Assembly: GCA_946539555.1 (NCBI GenBank)
Contig: CAMNHN010000002.1
Span: 1 to 56,044, forward strand
DNA from: an uncultured Mollicutes bacterium
Lineage (GTDB): Bacteria > Bacillota_I > Bacilli_A > RFN20 > CAG-826
DNA: 56,044 nt
Direction: 5' to 3'
Shown here: positions 8,790 to 19,343 of the stretch, piece by piece
Layout of the letters: each line of letters begins with the position of its first letter
How positions within the stretch are numbered: position 1 is the first letter of the stretch
The notes under the pieces: model-generated
Database searches by the model: none
Told to the model about the DNA's origin: nothing
The model's input: the letters and a program-made list of their open reading frames with translations, nothing else
Made by a program: the position numbers and the translations under genes

Positions 8790-11700
8790 CTATATAAGCC
8801 GCCCTTCTTTTTGACATATACACTTTATGTACTGCTCTTAATACGTTAGTTAATGTTTTTATCCGTTCTTCATCCTTATTAATAGAAATATTTATAAGAT
8901 GGTTTCTATAAGTCATTTTAATCTTATTTGTGTATTGAATTAAGGCTGTAAAAAGTGAAGTTCCTATTCCGTTTATATCAGAAAAACATTCAGCCAATTT
9001 AATTTCAACAAAATTTCCATAATCTAAAAACTCTTTAAATTCTTCAAAAGTTAAATAGATATCAATGGTGCGTTTTACAAAAAGTCCTTTTGTGCTTTCT
9101 GGTAAATTACCGAATTGATCTTTTAAATCTCTTTCTAAAATTGCAAGTTGATCAAGTGTTGTTGTTGAGACAATTTTTTGATAAATTTCAATTTTTTCTT
9201 CAGAATTTGCAAAGTTTTTAGGAATAAAGGCAGAAATTTGAGAAACTTGATTTGTCTTTTTTTCTTGTTCTTTTGCCTTGCCTTCTTGCTTTTCTTTTAT
9301 AGTTTCATTAAGCAATCTAATGTACATGTCGATTCCAACCGAATCAATAAACCCAGCTTGTTCAGGTCCTAAAATATCTCCTGCTCCTCTAATTAAAAGA
9401 TCTCTTTGAGCGATTTTATAGCCGCTTCCTAATTCAGTAAAATCTTGAATAGCTTTTAATCTCTTTTTTGCTTCTTCGGTTAATTTTTTATTTTCTTTTA
9501 TAGTTAGATAAGCAAAAGCGATTCTATCACCTCTACCAACTCTACCTTTTATTTGATAAAGCTGAGAAAGACCAAAGCGATCAGCGTTTTCTACAATTAA
9601 TAGATTGGCGTTTCTAACATCAATTCCATTTTCAATAATTGTTGTAGCAAGTAAAATATCCACGTTTCCTTCATAGAAATCATTCATAACACTATCAATA
9701 TCTTCTTTATCCATTTTTGCGTGAATAATCGCTATTTTTGCGTTTGGAAGAAGTCTTTGAAGTTTCAAAGCTTTGTTATAAATTGTGGCAATTTCATTAT
9801 AAACATAGAAAACTTGACCTTCTCTTCCTAATTCTCTACTAATAATTTCTTTTATGGCGTTTTCATCATAATTAATAACATAAGTTTGAACTGGCATTCT
9901 GCCTTCTGGTGGAGTTTCTATTGTTGAAATATTTTTTAACCCAATAAGAGAAGATTGTAATGTTCTAGGAATAGGTGTTGCACTTAAAGTTAAAACATCA
10001 ATATTTTTATATACTTCTTTAATTTTTTCTTTTTGCTCAACACCAAACCTTTGCTCTTCGTCAATAATCAAAAGTCCTAAATCTTTGAATTGTAAAGTCT
10101 TAGATAATAATTTATGTGTACCTATCAAAATATCAATTTTCCCTGCAGAAACTCCATTTTTTATCTCGTTTTCTTCTTGTGCGTTACACATTCTTGTTAA
10201 TAATTTAATATTTACAGGGAATTCTTTAAAACGTTCTGTAGCTACTTTAAAGTGTTGGCTTGCAAGAATTGTTGTTGGGCACAAAAAACAAACTTGTTTG
10301 CCACTTAAAACAGCTTTCATAGCGGCTTCTAGGGCAACTTCTGTTTTCCCAAAACCAACATCTCCACATAAAAGTCTATCCATCGGTTGGCTAGATTCCA
10401 TGTCTTGCTTGATTTCTTGTAACGATTTTTCTTGATCCTTAGTTAGTTCGTGTTCAAAACTAATTTCAAAATCTTTTTGAAGATCGTCGTCTTTATGGAA
10501 TGCAAAACCTTGAATCTTTGCTCTTTCTTGATAAAGAGTTAAGAGTCTATCTGCTAAATCATTTATTCTCTCTTTAATCTTCTTTTTTGTTTTTTCCCGT
10601 TGTTTAGAGTTAAGGTTGTTTAATCTTGGATTTGCTCCTTCTTTACCAGCATATTTTCTAATTAAATTAAATTGATAAAGTGGAACATAAAGTTTATCGT
10701 CATTAGCATAAATTATCTCAATATAATCATTTTTTACACCGTTTAAATCAACTGTTTCAATCTTAGAAAATTTACCTATACCATATTTTTCATGAACAAC
10801 AAATTCACCAGGCTCTAATTCTTCATAAGACTCAATAATTTTGCCTTCCTTAAATTTAGTAGAATAAGTTGCTAAGTGATTTTTTTCTTTAAAAATATCT
10901 TTTGCGGAAAGAACAACAAAATTTTCTTTAGTAAATTCATATGAAAAACCAAAATCTTTTTTCATAATCGAGACTCTAGACTCTTCTGAAACGTTAAAAT
11001 CATCAGTGAGAACGTAATCTTCTTTAATATCTTCTAAAAGCTTAACTAATTTTGCTTTTTCTATATCATCTTGAGCAATAAGTAAAATTCTGTTGCCTTG
11101 AACCAAATAATACTCAATTATGTTTTTTGCGTTCTCGCTTTTAAAATTGAATTCACTAATAGCTCTTAAAGGAATAGAAACATCATTCTTGTCTAAGTAA
11201 AAAGAATTCAAAACATATAATTTGTTTTGGCCTTTAAATAGGTCTGCTCTTTCATTGAAATATTCTAAATGAGAGATACATTTATTGTCTGCTTGAAGCT
11301 CCAACAAAAACTTTCTAGATTCATTTAACAAAGCTTCTTTTGATTTTGTAAAGTCATCTTTAGAAGATAAAATTATTGAAAAATTTTCAAGATAATCTAA
11401 TAAATTTGTGTGAAAACCTTGCAAAAACCCCATATATTTATAATTTTTAAATGAAATAACGCCTTTTTCAATTTCTTCTAAATCTAAATTAATGTTGGCT
11501 TCTAGTTCTTCTTTTTCTTTATCGTTTTTATTAATTAAATCTTTTTTAAGTTGATTAATGATTTTGTTTTTTGCGTTTTGAATTTCTTCTTTTGATAAGA
11601 CATCAATCGTTGCAGGAATGATTTTACATTCATTAGTTTTGCTCGAGCTAATTTGAGTATCGATATCAAAAAATCTTATAGACTCAACTTCATCATCAAA

Positions 11701-12267
11701 AAATTCAATACGAATTGGCTTATCATAATTTAAAGAAAACACATCAACTATCTCACCACGTGATGCAAATTCAAGTGATTGATCAATTTTAGAAACTCTT
11801 GTATACCCAAATTGAGAAAGCTTGTTTTTTAATTCGCTAATTTCAATAACATCTCCAACTTTTATGTTCAAAAATAAGCTATCAAATAAGTCAATATTTG
11901 GATAGAACCTCATCAAACTTGAAGGGGTTAAAATTACTATCAAATGGCTTGCGTGCCTAACTCTATATAAGCCATAAATCAGTTCACTTTTTAGCTCTTT
12001 AGATTCACTTAAATATTCGACTCTAACGAAGTCGTTTCCAGGTAATAAAACGATGTTTTCTTTATCAATTACAGAACTCAATTTTTTATATAAAATATTT
12101 GCAAAATAAGTATTTTGTGCGTAAATAGCAAGGTTTTCGCTTGAATTTTGCCGTTTTTTTAATGTTAAAAGCACTGTTCCAACTATTGGATCAACCACAT
12201 AATTTTCACTATTTTTATTAGAATTTTCACTAAAATAATCGAGTGCTTTTTTATATAAATTTTGCAA
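8779..12267 (-). CDS. mfd: Transcription-repair coupling factor
   Basis: 1162 aa with a UvrB-homology N-region, a CarD/RID region (FVVHEKYGIGKF), superfamily-2 helicase motifs (GDVGFGKTEVA, DEEQRFG) and a TRG region. The track start is TTG. Confidence 0.95.
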   Translation of the reverse strand: MQNLYKKALDYFSENSNKNSENYVVDPIVGTVLLTLKKRQNSSENLAIYAQNTYFANILYKKLSSVIDKENIVLLPGNDFVRVEYLSESKELKSELIYGLYRVRHASHLIVILTPSSLMRFYPNIDLFDSLFLNIKVGDVIEISELKNKLSQFGYTRVSKIDQSLEFASRGEIVDVFSLNYDKPIRIEFFDDEVESIRFFDIDTQISSSKTNECKIIPATIDVLSKEEIQNAKNKIINQLKKDLINKNDKEKEELEANINLDLEEIEKGVISFKNYKYMGFLQGFHTNLLDYLENFSIILSSKDDFTKSKEALLNESRKFLLELQADNKCISHLEYFNERADLFKGQNKLYVLNSFYLDKNDVSIPLRAISEFNFKSENAKNIIEYYLVQGNRILLIAQDDIEKAKLVKLLEDIKEDYVLTDDFNVSEESRVSIMKKDFGFSYEFTKENFVVLSAKDIFKEKNHLATYSTKFKEGKIIESYEELEPGEFVVHEKYGIGKFSKIETVDLNGVKNDYIEIIYANDDKLYVPLYQFNLIRKYAGKEGANPRLNNLNSKQREKTKKKIKERINDLADRLLTLYQERAKIQGFAFHKDDDLQKDFEISFEHELTKDQEKSLQEIKQDMESSQPMDRLLCGDVGFGKTEVALEAAMKAVLSGKQVCFLCPTTILASQHFKVATERFKEFPVNIKLLTRMCNAQEENEIKNGVSAGKIDILIGTHKLLSKTLQFKDLGLLIIDEEQRFGVEQKEKIKEVYKNIDVLTLSATPIPRTLQSSLIGLKNISTIETPPEGRMPVQTYVINYDENAIKEIISRELGREGQVFYVYNEIATIYNKALKLQRLLPNAKIAIIHAKMDKEDIDSVMNDFYEGNVDILLATTIIENGIDVRNANLLIVENADRFGLSQLYQIKGRVGRGDRIAFAYLTIKENKKLTEEAKKRLKAIQDFTELGSGYKIAQRDLLIRGAGDILGPEQAGFIDSVGIDMYIRLLNETIKEKQEGKAKEQEKKTNQVSQISAFIPKNFANSEEKIEIYQKIVSTTTLDQLAILERDLKDQFGNLPESTKGLFVKRTIDIYLTFEEFKEFLDYGNFVEIKLAECFSDINGIGTSLFTALIQYTNKIKMTYRNHLINISINKDEERIKTLTNVLRAVHKVYMSKRRAAYIDEN

Positions 12268-12276
12268 AATTAAACC

Positions 12277-12831
12277 TCATTTATTATACATTGTCATAGC
12301 TTTATTAAAGCTTTCTTTTATTGCGATTTTTAATGCGTCTACAGCATCGTTTTGAGCAGCTTGTAAAAGTACTTCTTCTTCCTTTGAAGGTTTAGAAAGA
12401 ACATAATCAATTACGTCGTGCTCTGCTTTTCCAATACCTATTTTTATTCGTTTAAATTCTTGAGTTCCTGTTAAATTAATTATTGATTTAATACCGTTAT
12501 GTCCGCCGCTTGATCCTTTAATCTTTAATTTGATGTGTCCAACCGGAATATCCATATCATCAAAAACTACAATCATGTCGTTTATATCAATTTTGAAAAA
12601 GTTCAAAACTTGAACAACTGATTCACCACTTAAATTCATATATGTTTGTGGTTTAAGTAGAATTAAATCTTCATCAAAATATTTTGCTTTAGCATAAAGT
12701 CCTTTAAATCCTTCACGGTCAAAAGAAACTCCTAATGAGTCAGCAAACTTGTCAATTACGTCAAACCCCATGTTATGGTGGGTGTGAGCGTATTCTCTTC
12801 CTGGATTTCCTAAACCTACAATTAAAATCAT
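12277..12831 (-). CDS. pth: Peptidyl-tRNA hydrolase
   Basis: N-terminus MILIVGLGNPG..Y..T.HN.GF. Sits upstream of mfd as in Bacillus and ends in TGA. Confidence 0.93.
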   Translation of the reverse strand: MILIVGLGNPGREYAHTHHNMGFDVIDKFADSLGVSFDREGFKGLYAKAKYFDEDLILLKPQTYMNLSGESVVQVLNFFKIDINDMIVVFDDMDIPVGHIKLKIKGSSGGHNGIKSIINLTGTQEFKRIKIGIGKAEHDVIDYVLSKPSKEEEVLLQAAQNDAVDALKIAIKESFNKAMTMYNK

Positions 12832-13016
12832 ATAACCTATTATAAATGATTCTTGCTTCTTTTTCTTTTAAAATTCTCATAAAAATGCCTTTCACTAAAT
12901 ATGACGTATCTAACACCCTATTTCTTCCGGAAAATTTTATTTTTTTGATAAATTTTTAACAAAATTAGCGAATAAAACTTTATAAATGAAAAAATTAAAA
13001 ATGAAAACGCTTTTTC

Positions 13017-13046
13017 ATTGACAATTATGTCAATCAAAAATAACAT
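13017..13046 (+). promoter_or_regulatory. Promoter with an overlapping palindromic operator for the TetR/ABC operon
   Basis: TTGACA (13018-23), 17 nt, TAACAT (13041-46). The inverted repeat ATTGACA-atta-TGTCAAT (13017-13034) covers the -35. The ATG lies 6 nt after the -10. Confidence 0.65.
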
Positions 13047-13052
13047 ATTTCT

Positions 13053-13664
13053 ATGCCTAGAACTTTTAAAGAAAACGAGAAGATTAAAGAAGAAAGAAAA
13101 AACAGAATATTAGACGTAAGCCTTAAGCTTTTTGCTAATCTTGGATATGAAAATGTATCAATGGATATGATTGCTAAAAAAGCTAAGTGCTCACATGGTC
13201 TTATGTATCATTATTTTGCCGATAAAAACGAGATTATTAAGGCACATTTTGAAAAAATTAAGACTCTTCTTTGCGCTGACGTTAAAAAAGCGATGGAAGA
13301 GAACGAACCAGGAAAAGAATTTTTATTAACAATCTTAAAATTAGGTATTGAATATATTAATAGAAACCTACAATCAGCTTATTATATGTATCTTTTTGCT
13401 GATAGGGTTTTAGATAACGTTTCTGGCGATATTTTTAAAATTGTTTTTGATAAAGAAGTAGATCGATATTTTAAAGATTCATTTAAAAAAGAATATGGCA
13501 CAGTTGATATTTCTAAAAACAAACACTTAGTCCAATCTTTCCTTTTATATATATCTTTTGTTAAAGCAATAGCAGAAGATAAAATTAAATATCCAAAACT
13601 GCTTTCTAAAGAATATGATTACACCCCAATCTTACTCATGTTCTTAGAAAAAGGTGGTAAATGA
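13053..13664 (+). CDS. TetR-family transcriptional regulator
   Basis: N-terminal TetR HTH (ILDVSLKLFANLGYENVSMDMIAKKAKCSHGLMYHYFADKNEI). Confidence 0.85.
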   Translation: MPRTFKENEKIKEERKNRILDVSLKLFANLGYENVSMDMIAKKAKCSHGLMYHYFADKNEIIKAHFEKIKTLLCADVKKAMEENEPGKEFLLTILKLGIEYINRNLQSAYYMYLFADRVLDNVSGDIFKIVFDKEVDRYFKDSFKKEYGTVDISKNKHLVQSFLLYISFVKAIAEDKIKYPKLLSKEYDYTPILLMFLEKGGK

Positions 13665-13667
13665 AAT

Positions 13668-15491
13668 ATGTTAAAATTACTTAATTTTATATTTCAGAAA
13701 CGGTATTTTTTACTATTAACTGCTGTCTCAATTATCGGCCAATGTTACCTCCAATTGATGCTTCCTGAATACATGGGGAACATTACTTCGCTCATTATGT
13801 CAGATGCAGAAGATAAAATTGCTCAGATTTGGATTAATGGCGGATGGATGATGTTGATCTCTGTTGGAGTCATAATTTGTTGTATTTCCCAACATTATTT
13901 TGGTGCAATTATTTCTTCTTTCGTAGGAAAAACACTAAGAGACAGGGTCTTTAAAAAGGTAAATTCTTTATCAATAACTCAATTTGATAGCTTTGGAACA
14001 GCAACTTTAATAACTAGAACTACAAATGATATTGAACAAGTTAAGATGTATGTTTTAATGTCTTTAAGGGTTGTTTTTATGTCACCAACTTACATGATAA
14101 TTGGATTAATAAAGACGCTTGCAGCAGATGCTAAATTAGCTATTGTTTTAGCAATTACCATCCCAATTATTTTAGTTGGCGTTATTATAATGGTTGCTGT
14201 TACAACCCCAATGTTTAGAAAAATTCAAACCAAAACTGACAATTTAACGTCAGTTTTGCGAGGTAATTTAACAGGAATCAGGGTTATTCGTGCTTATAAT
14301 CAACAAGAAAAAGAAGTTGATAAATTTGATTTTGCAAATAAAGATTTAACAACGGCTCACGTTAAAGTTTCACGTTTCTTATCTTTTATGAATCCTGTTG
14401 TAACTATTGTTTTTAATCTTGCATATATAGGAATTTTCTCACTTGGTTTTTCTATAATTGACGGAACAAACCTCATAGAAAACGGAACAGTTGTTCAACA
14501 AACGATGACAAACGTTTCTGTCGTTGCTCAATATTCTTCTCAAATCATGTCATCGTTCTTAATGCTTGCAATGATTATTATTATGCTTCCACAAGCTCTG
14601 GCTTCATCAAAGCGTATTAATGAAGTTTTAGATTTAGAAGATCCAATTAATGATAAAGATTTAAATAAAGAAATTAACGATGAATTCAAGCAAAGAAAAG
14701 AAAAAGGTTATCTAAAATTTGAAAATGTAACTTTTACATATCCTGGAAGTAAGATTCCTGCTATTTCAAACATCAGTTTTGAAACTAAACCAGGAAAAAC
14801 TACCGCAATTATTGGCTCAACAGGTTCAGGTAAATCAACCGTAGTTAATTTAATTCCTAGACTTTATGACGTCAGTGAAGGTGAAATTACACTTGATGGA
14901 TTTAATATTAAAAATATATCTATAAAAGATTTAAGAGAGTCAATTGGTTTTACGCCTCAAAAAGCACTTCTATTTAACGGAACAATTAGATCGAATATTC
15001 AATTCGGTAAAAAAGAAGCAAGCGATGAGGAAATCGAAAGCGCACTTGAAATTGCTCAAGTTAAACATTTTATTTCTAAACTTCCTGATGGTTTAGATTC
15101 TACTGTTGCTCAAGGCGGAAAAAATTTCTCAGGTGGTCAAAAACAAAGACTAACTATTGCTCGATCAATAGTTAAAAAACCAGAAATTTATGTTTTTGAT
15201 GATTCTTTTAGTGCTTTAGATTTTTCTACGGATGCAAAATTACGTTTTGCATTAAGACAAAACATCGGAAATTCTGCGATGGTTATCGTCGCTCAAAGAG
15301 TTTCCTCAATTTTAGATGCGGATACAATTGTTGTATTAAATGATGGTCAAATGGTTGGAAAAGGAACTCACGAAGAACTTTTAAAATCTTGTGCAGTTTA
15401 TCAAGATATAGTTAAATCACAACTTGATCCTGAAGAAATTGAAAAGACTATTCAGCTCATGAAAGAAGCAACGAGAAAGGAGGAGAAATAA
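13668..15491 (+). CDS. ABC exporter, fused permease/ATPase (type I exporter half-transporter)
   Basis: Six-TM N-domain, then Walker A GSTGSGKST, signature FSGGQKQR and Walker B IYVFDDSFSALD. Confidence 0.9.
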   Translation: MLKLLNFIFQKRYFLLLTAVSIIGQCYLQLMLPEYMGNITSLIMSDAEDKIAQIWINGGWMMLISVGVIICCISQHYFGAIISSFVGKTLRDRVFKKVNSLSITQFDSFGTATLITRTTNDIEQVKMYVLMSLRVVFMSPTYMIIGLIKTLAADAKLAIVLAITIPIILVGVIIMVAVTTPMFRKIQTKTDNLTSVLRGNLTGIRVIRAYNQQEKEVDKFDFANKDLTTAHVKVSRFLSFMNPVVTIVFNLAYIGIFSLGFSIIDGTNLIENGTVVQQTMTNVSVVAQYSSQIMSSFLMLAMIIIMLPQALASSKRINEVLDLEDPINDKDLNKEINDEFKQRKEKGYLKFENVTFTYPGSKIPAISNISFETKPGKTTAIIGSTGSGKSTVVNLIPRLYDVSEGEITLDGFNIKNISIKDLRESIGFTPQKALLFNGTIRSNIQFGKKEASDEEIESALEIAQVKHFISKLPDGLDSTVAQGGKNFSGGQKQRLTIARSIVKKPEIYVFDDSFSALDFSTDAKLRFALRQNIGNSAMVIVAQRVSSILDADTIVVLNDGQMVGKGTHEELLKSCAVYQDIVKSQLDPEEIEKTIQLMKEATRKEEK

Positions 15492-15492
15492 T

Positions 15493-17601
15493 ATGCCTGG
15501 TCCAGGTAGAGGCAGAAATTTTGAAAAGCCAAAAGATGGTAAGAAAATTTTGCGCAGAATGATCGCTGATTTTAAATCAGAAAAAATCCTCGTCTTATTC
15601 GTTGTTTTAGCGTCAACTGCGGCTTCAGTTTTATCAGTTTTATCACCAATTTTCTTAGGTAATTTTATTAATGATATTATTCCTAAAGATTTAACAGATT
15701 TATCAAGCAGTCCTCTTTTTGAGTTATCTACAACATTCGATTTGATTGTTAAATGGGATTATTTCTTCGCTAAATTTGGTGTTTTAATGGCGTTTTACGT
15801 CGTTAGTGCCCTCTTCTCTTGGCTTGCAGAATTTTTAGCAGTAGGAATTTCAACAAAATACGCATATCTTTTTAGAGATAGAATCATTAAAAAATTAGAT
15901 AAATTACCACTTTCTTATTTTGATAAAGTACCTTATGGTGACACTTTATCAATCGGAACAAACGACGTTGATAATATTTCTAGAAATTTACAATCAATAA
16001 TTACCCAAATTAGTAGTGGAATTTCATTATTTTTTGCAACTTTAATTGGTATGTTCGTTTACGAATGGAGACTTGCTTTTATCGCTTTAGCGGTTTTACC
16101 AATTACACTTATTGCAGTAATGAATATTTCAAAAGCATCTCAAAAACAATTTAAAATTTATAGACACGAGCTTGGTGTATTAAATGGCAAAATTGAAGAA
16201 AACTATGCTGGTTTTGAAGTTATTAAACTCTTTAATAAACAAGAAGATATTGAAAAAGAATTTGACGAAGTTAACATCAAAATGGCACAAAGCGATAGAA
16301 AATCACAATTCCTCAGTGGTTTAATTTGGCCTGTTACCATCTTTATTAATAATGTCGCATATGTAGGAATTGCAGTTGTAGGAGGAGTAATTGGTCAACT
16401 TGGAACTATGATAACCTTCTTTACATTATTAAATTTATTTACCCATCCATTCCAACAAGTTGGTCAAATTATAAACGTTATTCAATCGGTTTTAGCAGCT
16501 GGAGAAAGAGTATATTCTCTTCTTGATGAAGTAGAAGAAGTACCAGATAAAGAAAACGCAATAAGCGATGAAGGCGAAATCAAAGGCGAATTCTATTTTG
16601 ATGATGTTTATTTCTCATATATTAAAAAGAAGCCATTAATTGAGAACTTTACACTCCACGTAAATGCTGGTGACACAATTGCAATTGTTGGTCCTACTGG
16701 CGCTGGAAAAACAACGATGGTTAACCTAATTATGAGATTCTACGATATAACAAATATTGCTAACGAAAACGACTTAATTTCTAAAGGAAACAAAGAAATT
16801 TTAGAAATTAATAAGTTCTATGAAGTCACTGGTGAATTCACATATAACTTTGAAGGATTAAATTCAATTCAAGAAAAAACTCAAAGCGTTAAAGCTTTTG
16901 TTCTTAATTATTTAAAAGAGGCAAGAGAAAGAAGCACTAGAACATTAAATGAAGAAGAAAAGAAAATCGATGCACTTTATGAGCAAATTATTCTTAATGT
17001 TTTTAATAATGGAAACATTAAATTAGATAATAAAACAATTTTCAACTATACACGCCGTTGTTTAAGAGGAACAATTGGTATGGTTTTACAAGAGACTTGG
17101 TTATTTAAAGGAACAATTAAAGAAAATTTACTTTATGGTGATCAAAACGCAACAGATGAAGAGATTGAACAAGCATGTAGACAAGCTCATGCATGGCATT
17201 TTATCCAAGCTCTTCCTGGCGGATTAGATTTTGTATTAAACGAAGATGGAGATAATATTTCTCAAGGTCAAAGGCAACTTTTAACGATTGCTAGAGCAAT
17301 TATCTCTAAACCAAAAATTATGATTTTAGATGAAGCGACATCCTCTGTTGATACAAGAACAGAACAAAAAATCCAAGATGCTTTAGATAAAATTATGGTT
17401 GGGAGAACGTCATTTGTCATCGCTCATAGATTATCCACAATTAAAAACGCAAAACTTATTATTGTTATGAAAAAAGGTCACATAATTGAAACCGGAAATC
17501 ATAAAGAATTATTAGCTAAAAACGGCTTCTACGCAGACCTATATAACTCACAATTTAGTGGTGTAAATCCAATGCAAAAAAGAGAGGTTTTAGAAAGCTA
17601 A
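15493..17601 (+). CDS. ABC exporter half-transporter (heterodimer partner) with an ~85-aa insertion in the NBD
   Basis: TM domain, Walker A GPTGAGKTT, Q-loop VLQETW, signature ISQGQRQL and Walker B ILDEATSSVD. Extra sequence lies between RFYDIT and GNIKLDNK. Confidence 0.9.
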   Translation: MPGPGRGRNFEKPKDGKKILRRMIADFKSEKILVLFVVLASTAASVLSVLSPIFLGNFINDIIPKDLTDLSSSPLFELSTTFDLIVKWDYFFAKFGVLMAFYVVSALFSWLAEFLAVGISTKYAYLFRDRIIKKLDKLPLSYFDKVPYGDTLSIGTNDVDNISRNLQSIITQISSGISLFFATLIGMFVYEWRLAFIALAVLPITLIAVMNISKASQKQFKIYRHELGVLNGKIEENYAGFEVIKLFNKQEDIEKEFDEVNIKMAQSDRKSQFLSGLIWPVTIFINNVAYVGIAVVGGVIGQLGTMITFFTLLNLFTHPFQQVGQIINVIQSVLAAGERVYSLLDEVEEVPDKENAISDEGEIKGEFYFDDVYFSYIKKKPLIENFTLHVNAGDTIAIVGPTGAGKTTMVNLIMRFYDITNIANENDLISKGNKEILEINKFYEVTGEFTYNFEGLNSIQEKTQSVKAFVLNYLKEARERSTRTLNEEEKKIDALYEQIILNVFNNGNIKLDNKTIFNYTRRCLRGTIGMVLQETWLFKGTIKENLLYGDQNATDEEIEQACRQAHAWHFIQALPGGLDFVLNEDGDNISQGQRQLLTIARAIISKPKIMILDEATSSVDTRTEQKIQDALDKIMVGRTSFVIAHRLSTIKNAKLIIVMKKGHIIETGNHKELLAKNGFYADLYNSQFSGVNPMQKREVLES

Positions 17602-17618
17602 AACCTCTTTTCTTTTTT
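17583..17618 (+). terminator. Intrinsic terminator of the ABC operon
   Basis: AGAGGTTTT-agaaagct-AAAACCTCT followed by TTTCTTTTTT. The stop codon lies in the hairpin. Confidence 0.8.
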
Positions 17619-17632
17619 ATATAAATTACAAT

Positions 17633-19189
17633 TTATTTATTCTTTTCGTTTTTTAAATCGGTCAATTTTTTATAAATATTTTTGAGTGCGGGATACATCT
17701 CTAAGTATGCTTTTTCAAATAAATATTTGTATTCTGCAGCGATTTTTGGATTTGGAGTGAATGTTTGCTTATATCTCACCATGTGTTTTTTTGCTTCTTC
17801 AACATCTTTATAAGTGCCATCAGCAACAAATTGAGCCATAGCACATCCTAGACTTGAATTCTCATAAGTTTCACTTTTTAAAACAGGTAAATTGAAGAGG
17901 TCACTTGTAATTTGACAGATTGCATCGCTCTTTGAACCGCCCCCTGCAACAGTGATGTATTTAGCTTTAATTTTTCCTCTTTTTTCAATACTCATCAAAC
18001 CTTCTTTTAAACCATATCCAATACCTTCAACAATTGCTCTATAGATGTGATATTTTGTATGGACATCATAAAATCCAACAATACCACCTTTTGCTAAAGG
18101 TCTACTTAAACCTGGTCCCCAATATGGTTGAAGTATAAGTCCATCACTTCCTGCAGGTATATTCAATATTTTTTCATTTAATACTTCTTCAGTTGCTTTA
18201 TTTTCAATCTCGGCTTCAAGGTTATCAGTACTACCAAATTCATTAATGAACCATTTTAACATCCAATATCCTCTATAAATTTGGACTTCACCTGTATAAG
18301 CGCCTTTAAAACAAGTCGAATATGAAGGTAAAAATTTCTCTGGTTCAAAATAAGAATTTTTAACAATTGCAATAGAAGAACTTGTCCCATAAGAAACGTG
18401 TGCACAATTTTCATCGATTGCTCCACACCCTAAAGCTTCACAAGATTTATCGTTTCCTGTAGCAATATAAGGAATTCCTTGAGGTATACCAGTTTCTAAA
18501 AAACATTTTTCGGTTGTTGTTCCAATAACTGAGCCAACTTCAACAATTGGAGGCATAAGTTTAGGGTTGATTTGGAAAAGATCGCCCTTCATTGCGCCCT
18601 TTTTATACCATCTTCTATTTTTATAATCTATTGGGAAGTGACCGGTCATATTTGATGCACTATCCGCTAAAATTCCTAGCATTCTATAGTTAAAATAAGA
18701 ATTTAAAGGAGCGTAATATTTAATTTTTATCCAATTTTCTGGTTCGTTTTCTTGTAACCAAATAGCAGGGGTTCTTTTTCTATTCAAAATAATAGTTTGT
18801 TCCATCCCTACAAGTTTAAAAGCTAAAGCGTGAAGTGGATTTAATTTCTTTTTAAGTTCAGCTTGACGTTGATCTAGCCAAATAATTGAAGGTCTAATTG
18901 ATTTATAATTTTCATCTAAATAAGCTGCACTGTCTCTAAAGCAAGTAGAAGAAAGCGACTTAATTGAATCTAATAATTCTTGGTGAGCAGAAGTTAATCT
19001 TTTTGCTGCTCTACACATGCAATCATAGTAATAATCTGGTTCTTGTTCGGCATAACCTGGTTTAGGAGAAAAATAAGGTTGGTCATATTTTTCTTGCTCA
19101 AAAGCTAAAAAATTACCATTTTTATCAATAATAGAAACTCTTACGGATTGTGTCCCATAATCAATCGCTAAAACGTTCTCTTTTTCCAT
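17633..19189 (-). CDS. FGGY-family carbohydrate kinase (sugar specificity unknown)
   Basis: N-terminal LAIDYGTQSVR actin-fold phosphate-1 motif and a C-terminal GGGSKSD motif; 518 aa. Confidence 0.8.
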   Translation of the reverse strand: MEKENVLAIDYGTQSVRVSIIDKNGNFLAFEQEKYDQPYFSPKPGYAEQEPDYYYDCMCRAAKRLTSAHQELLDSIKSLSSTCFRDSAAYLDENYKSIRPSIIWLDQRQAELKKKLNPLHALAFKLVGMEQTIILNRKRTPAIWLQENEPENWIKIKYYAPLNSYFNYRMLGILADSASNMTGHFPIDYKNRRWYKKGAMKGDLFQINPKLMPPIVEVGSVIGTTTEKCFLETGIPQGIPYIATGNDKSCEALGCGAIDENCAHVSYGTSSSIAIVKNSYFEPEKFLPSYSTCFKGAYTGEVQIYRGYWMLKWFINEFGSTDNLEAEIENKATEEVLNEKILNIPAGSDGLILQPYWGPGLSRPLAKGGIVGFYDVHTKYHIYRAIVEGIGYGLKEGLMSIEKRGKIKAKYITVAGGGSKSDAICQITSDLFNLPVLKSETYENSSLGCAMAQFVADGTYKDVEEAKKHMVRYKQTFTPNPKIAAEYKYLFEKAYLEMYPALKNIYKKLTDLKNEKNK

Positions 19190-19343
19190 AAATATTCGTC
19201 CTTAAAATATACGTTTTATATTTTATCATTTATTATCTAATGACGAAAAAACAATTTTTCTTTCCAAAAATTGCAATTTTTTCCTATTTAATTAATTTTG
19301 CATTAAATGAAACATATTTTTATATATTTTTATATATAAAAAC

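Noticed and set aside
12277-12279. Possible UGA=Trp (genetic code 4) usage, as in Mycoplasma
   Set aside because: TGA ends pth and yaaA (33083-33085) at family-typical lengths. All conserved proteins are full length under the standard code. Code 11 applies.
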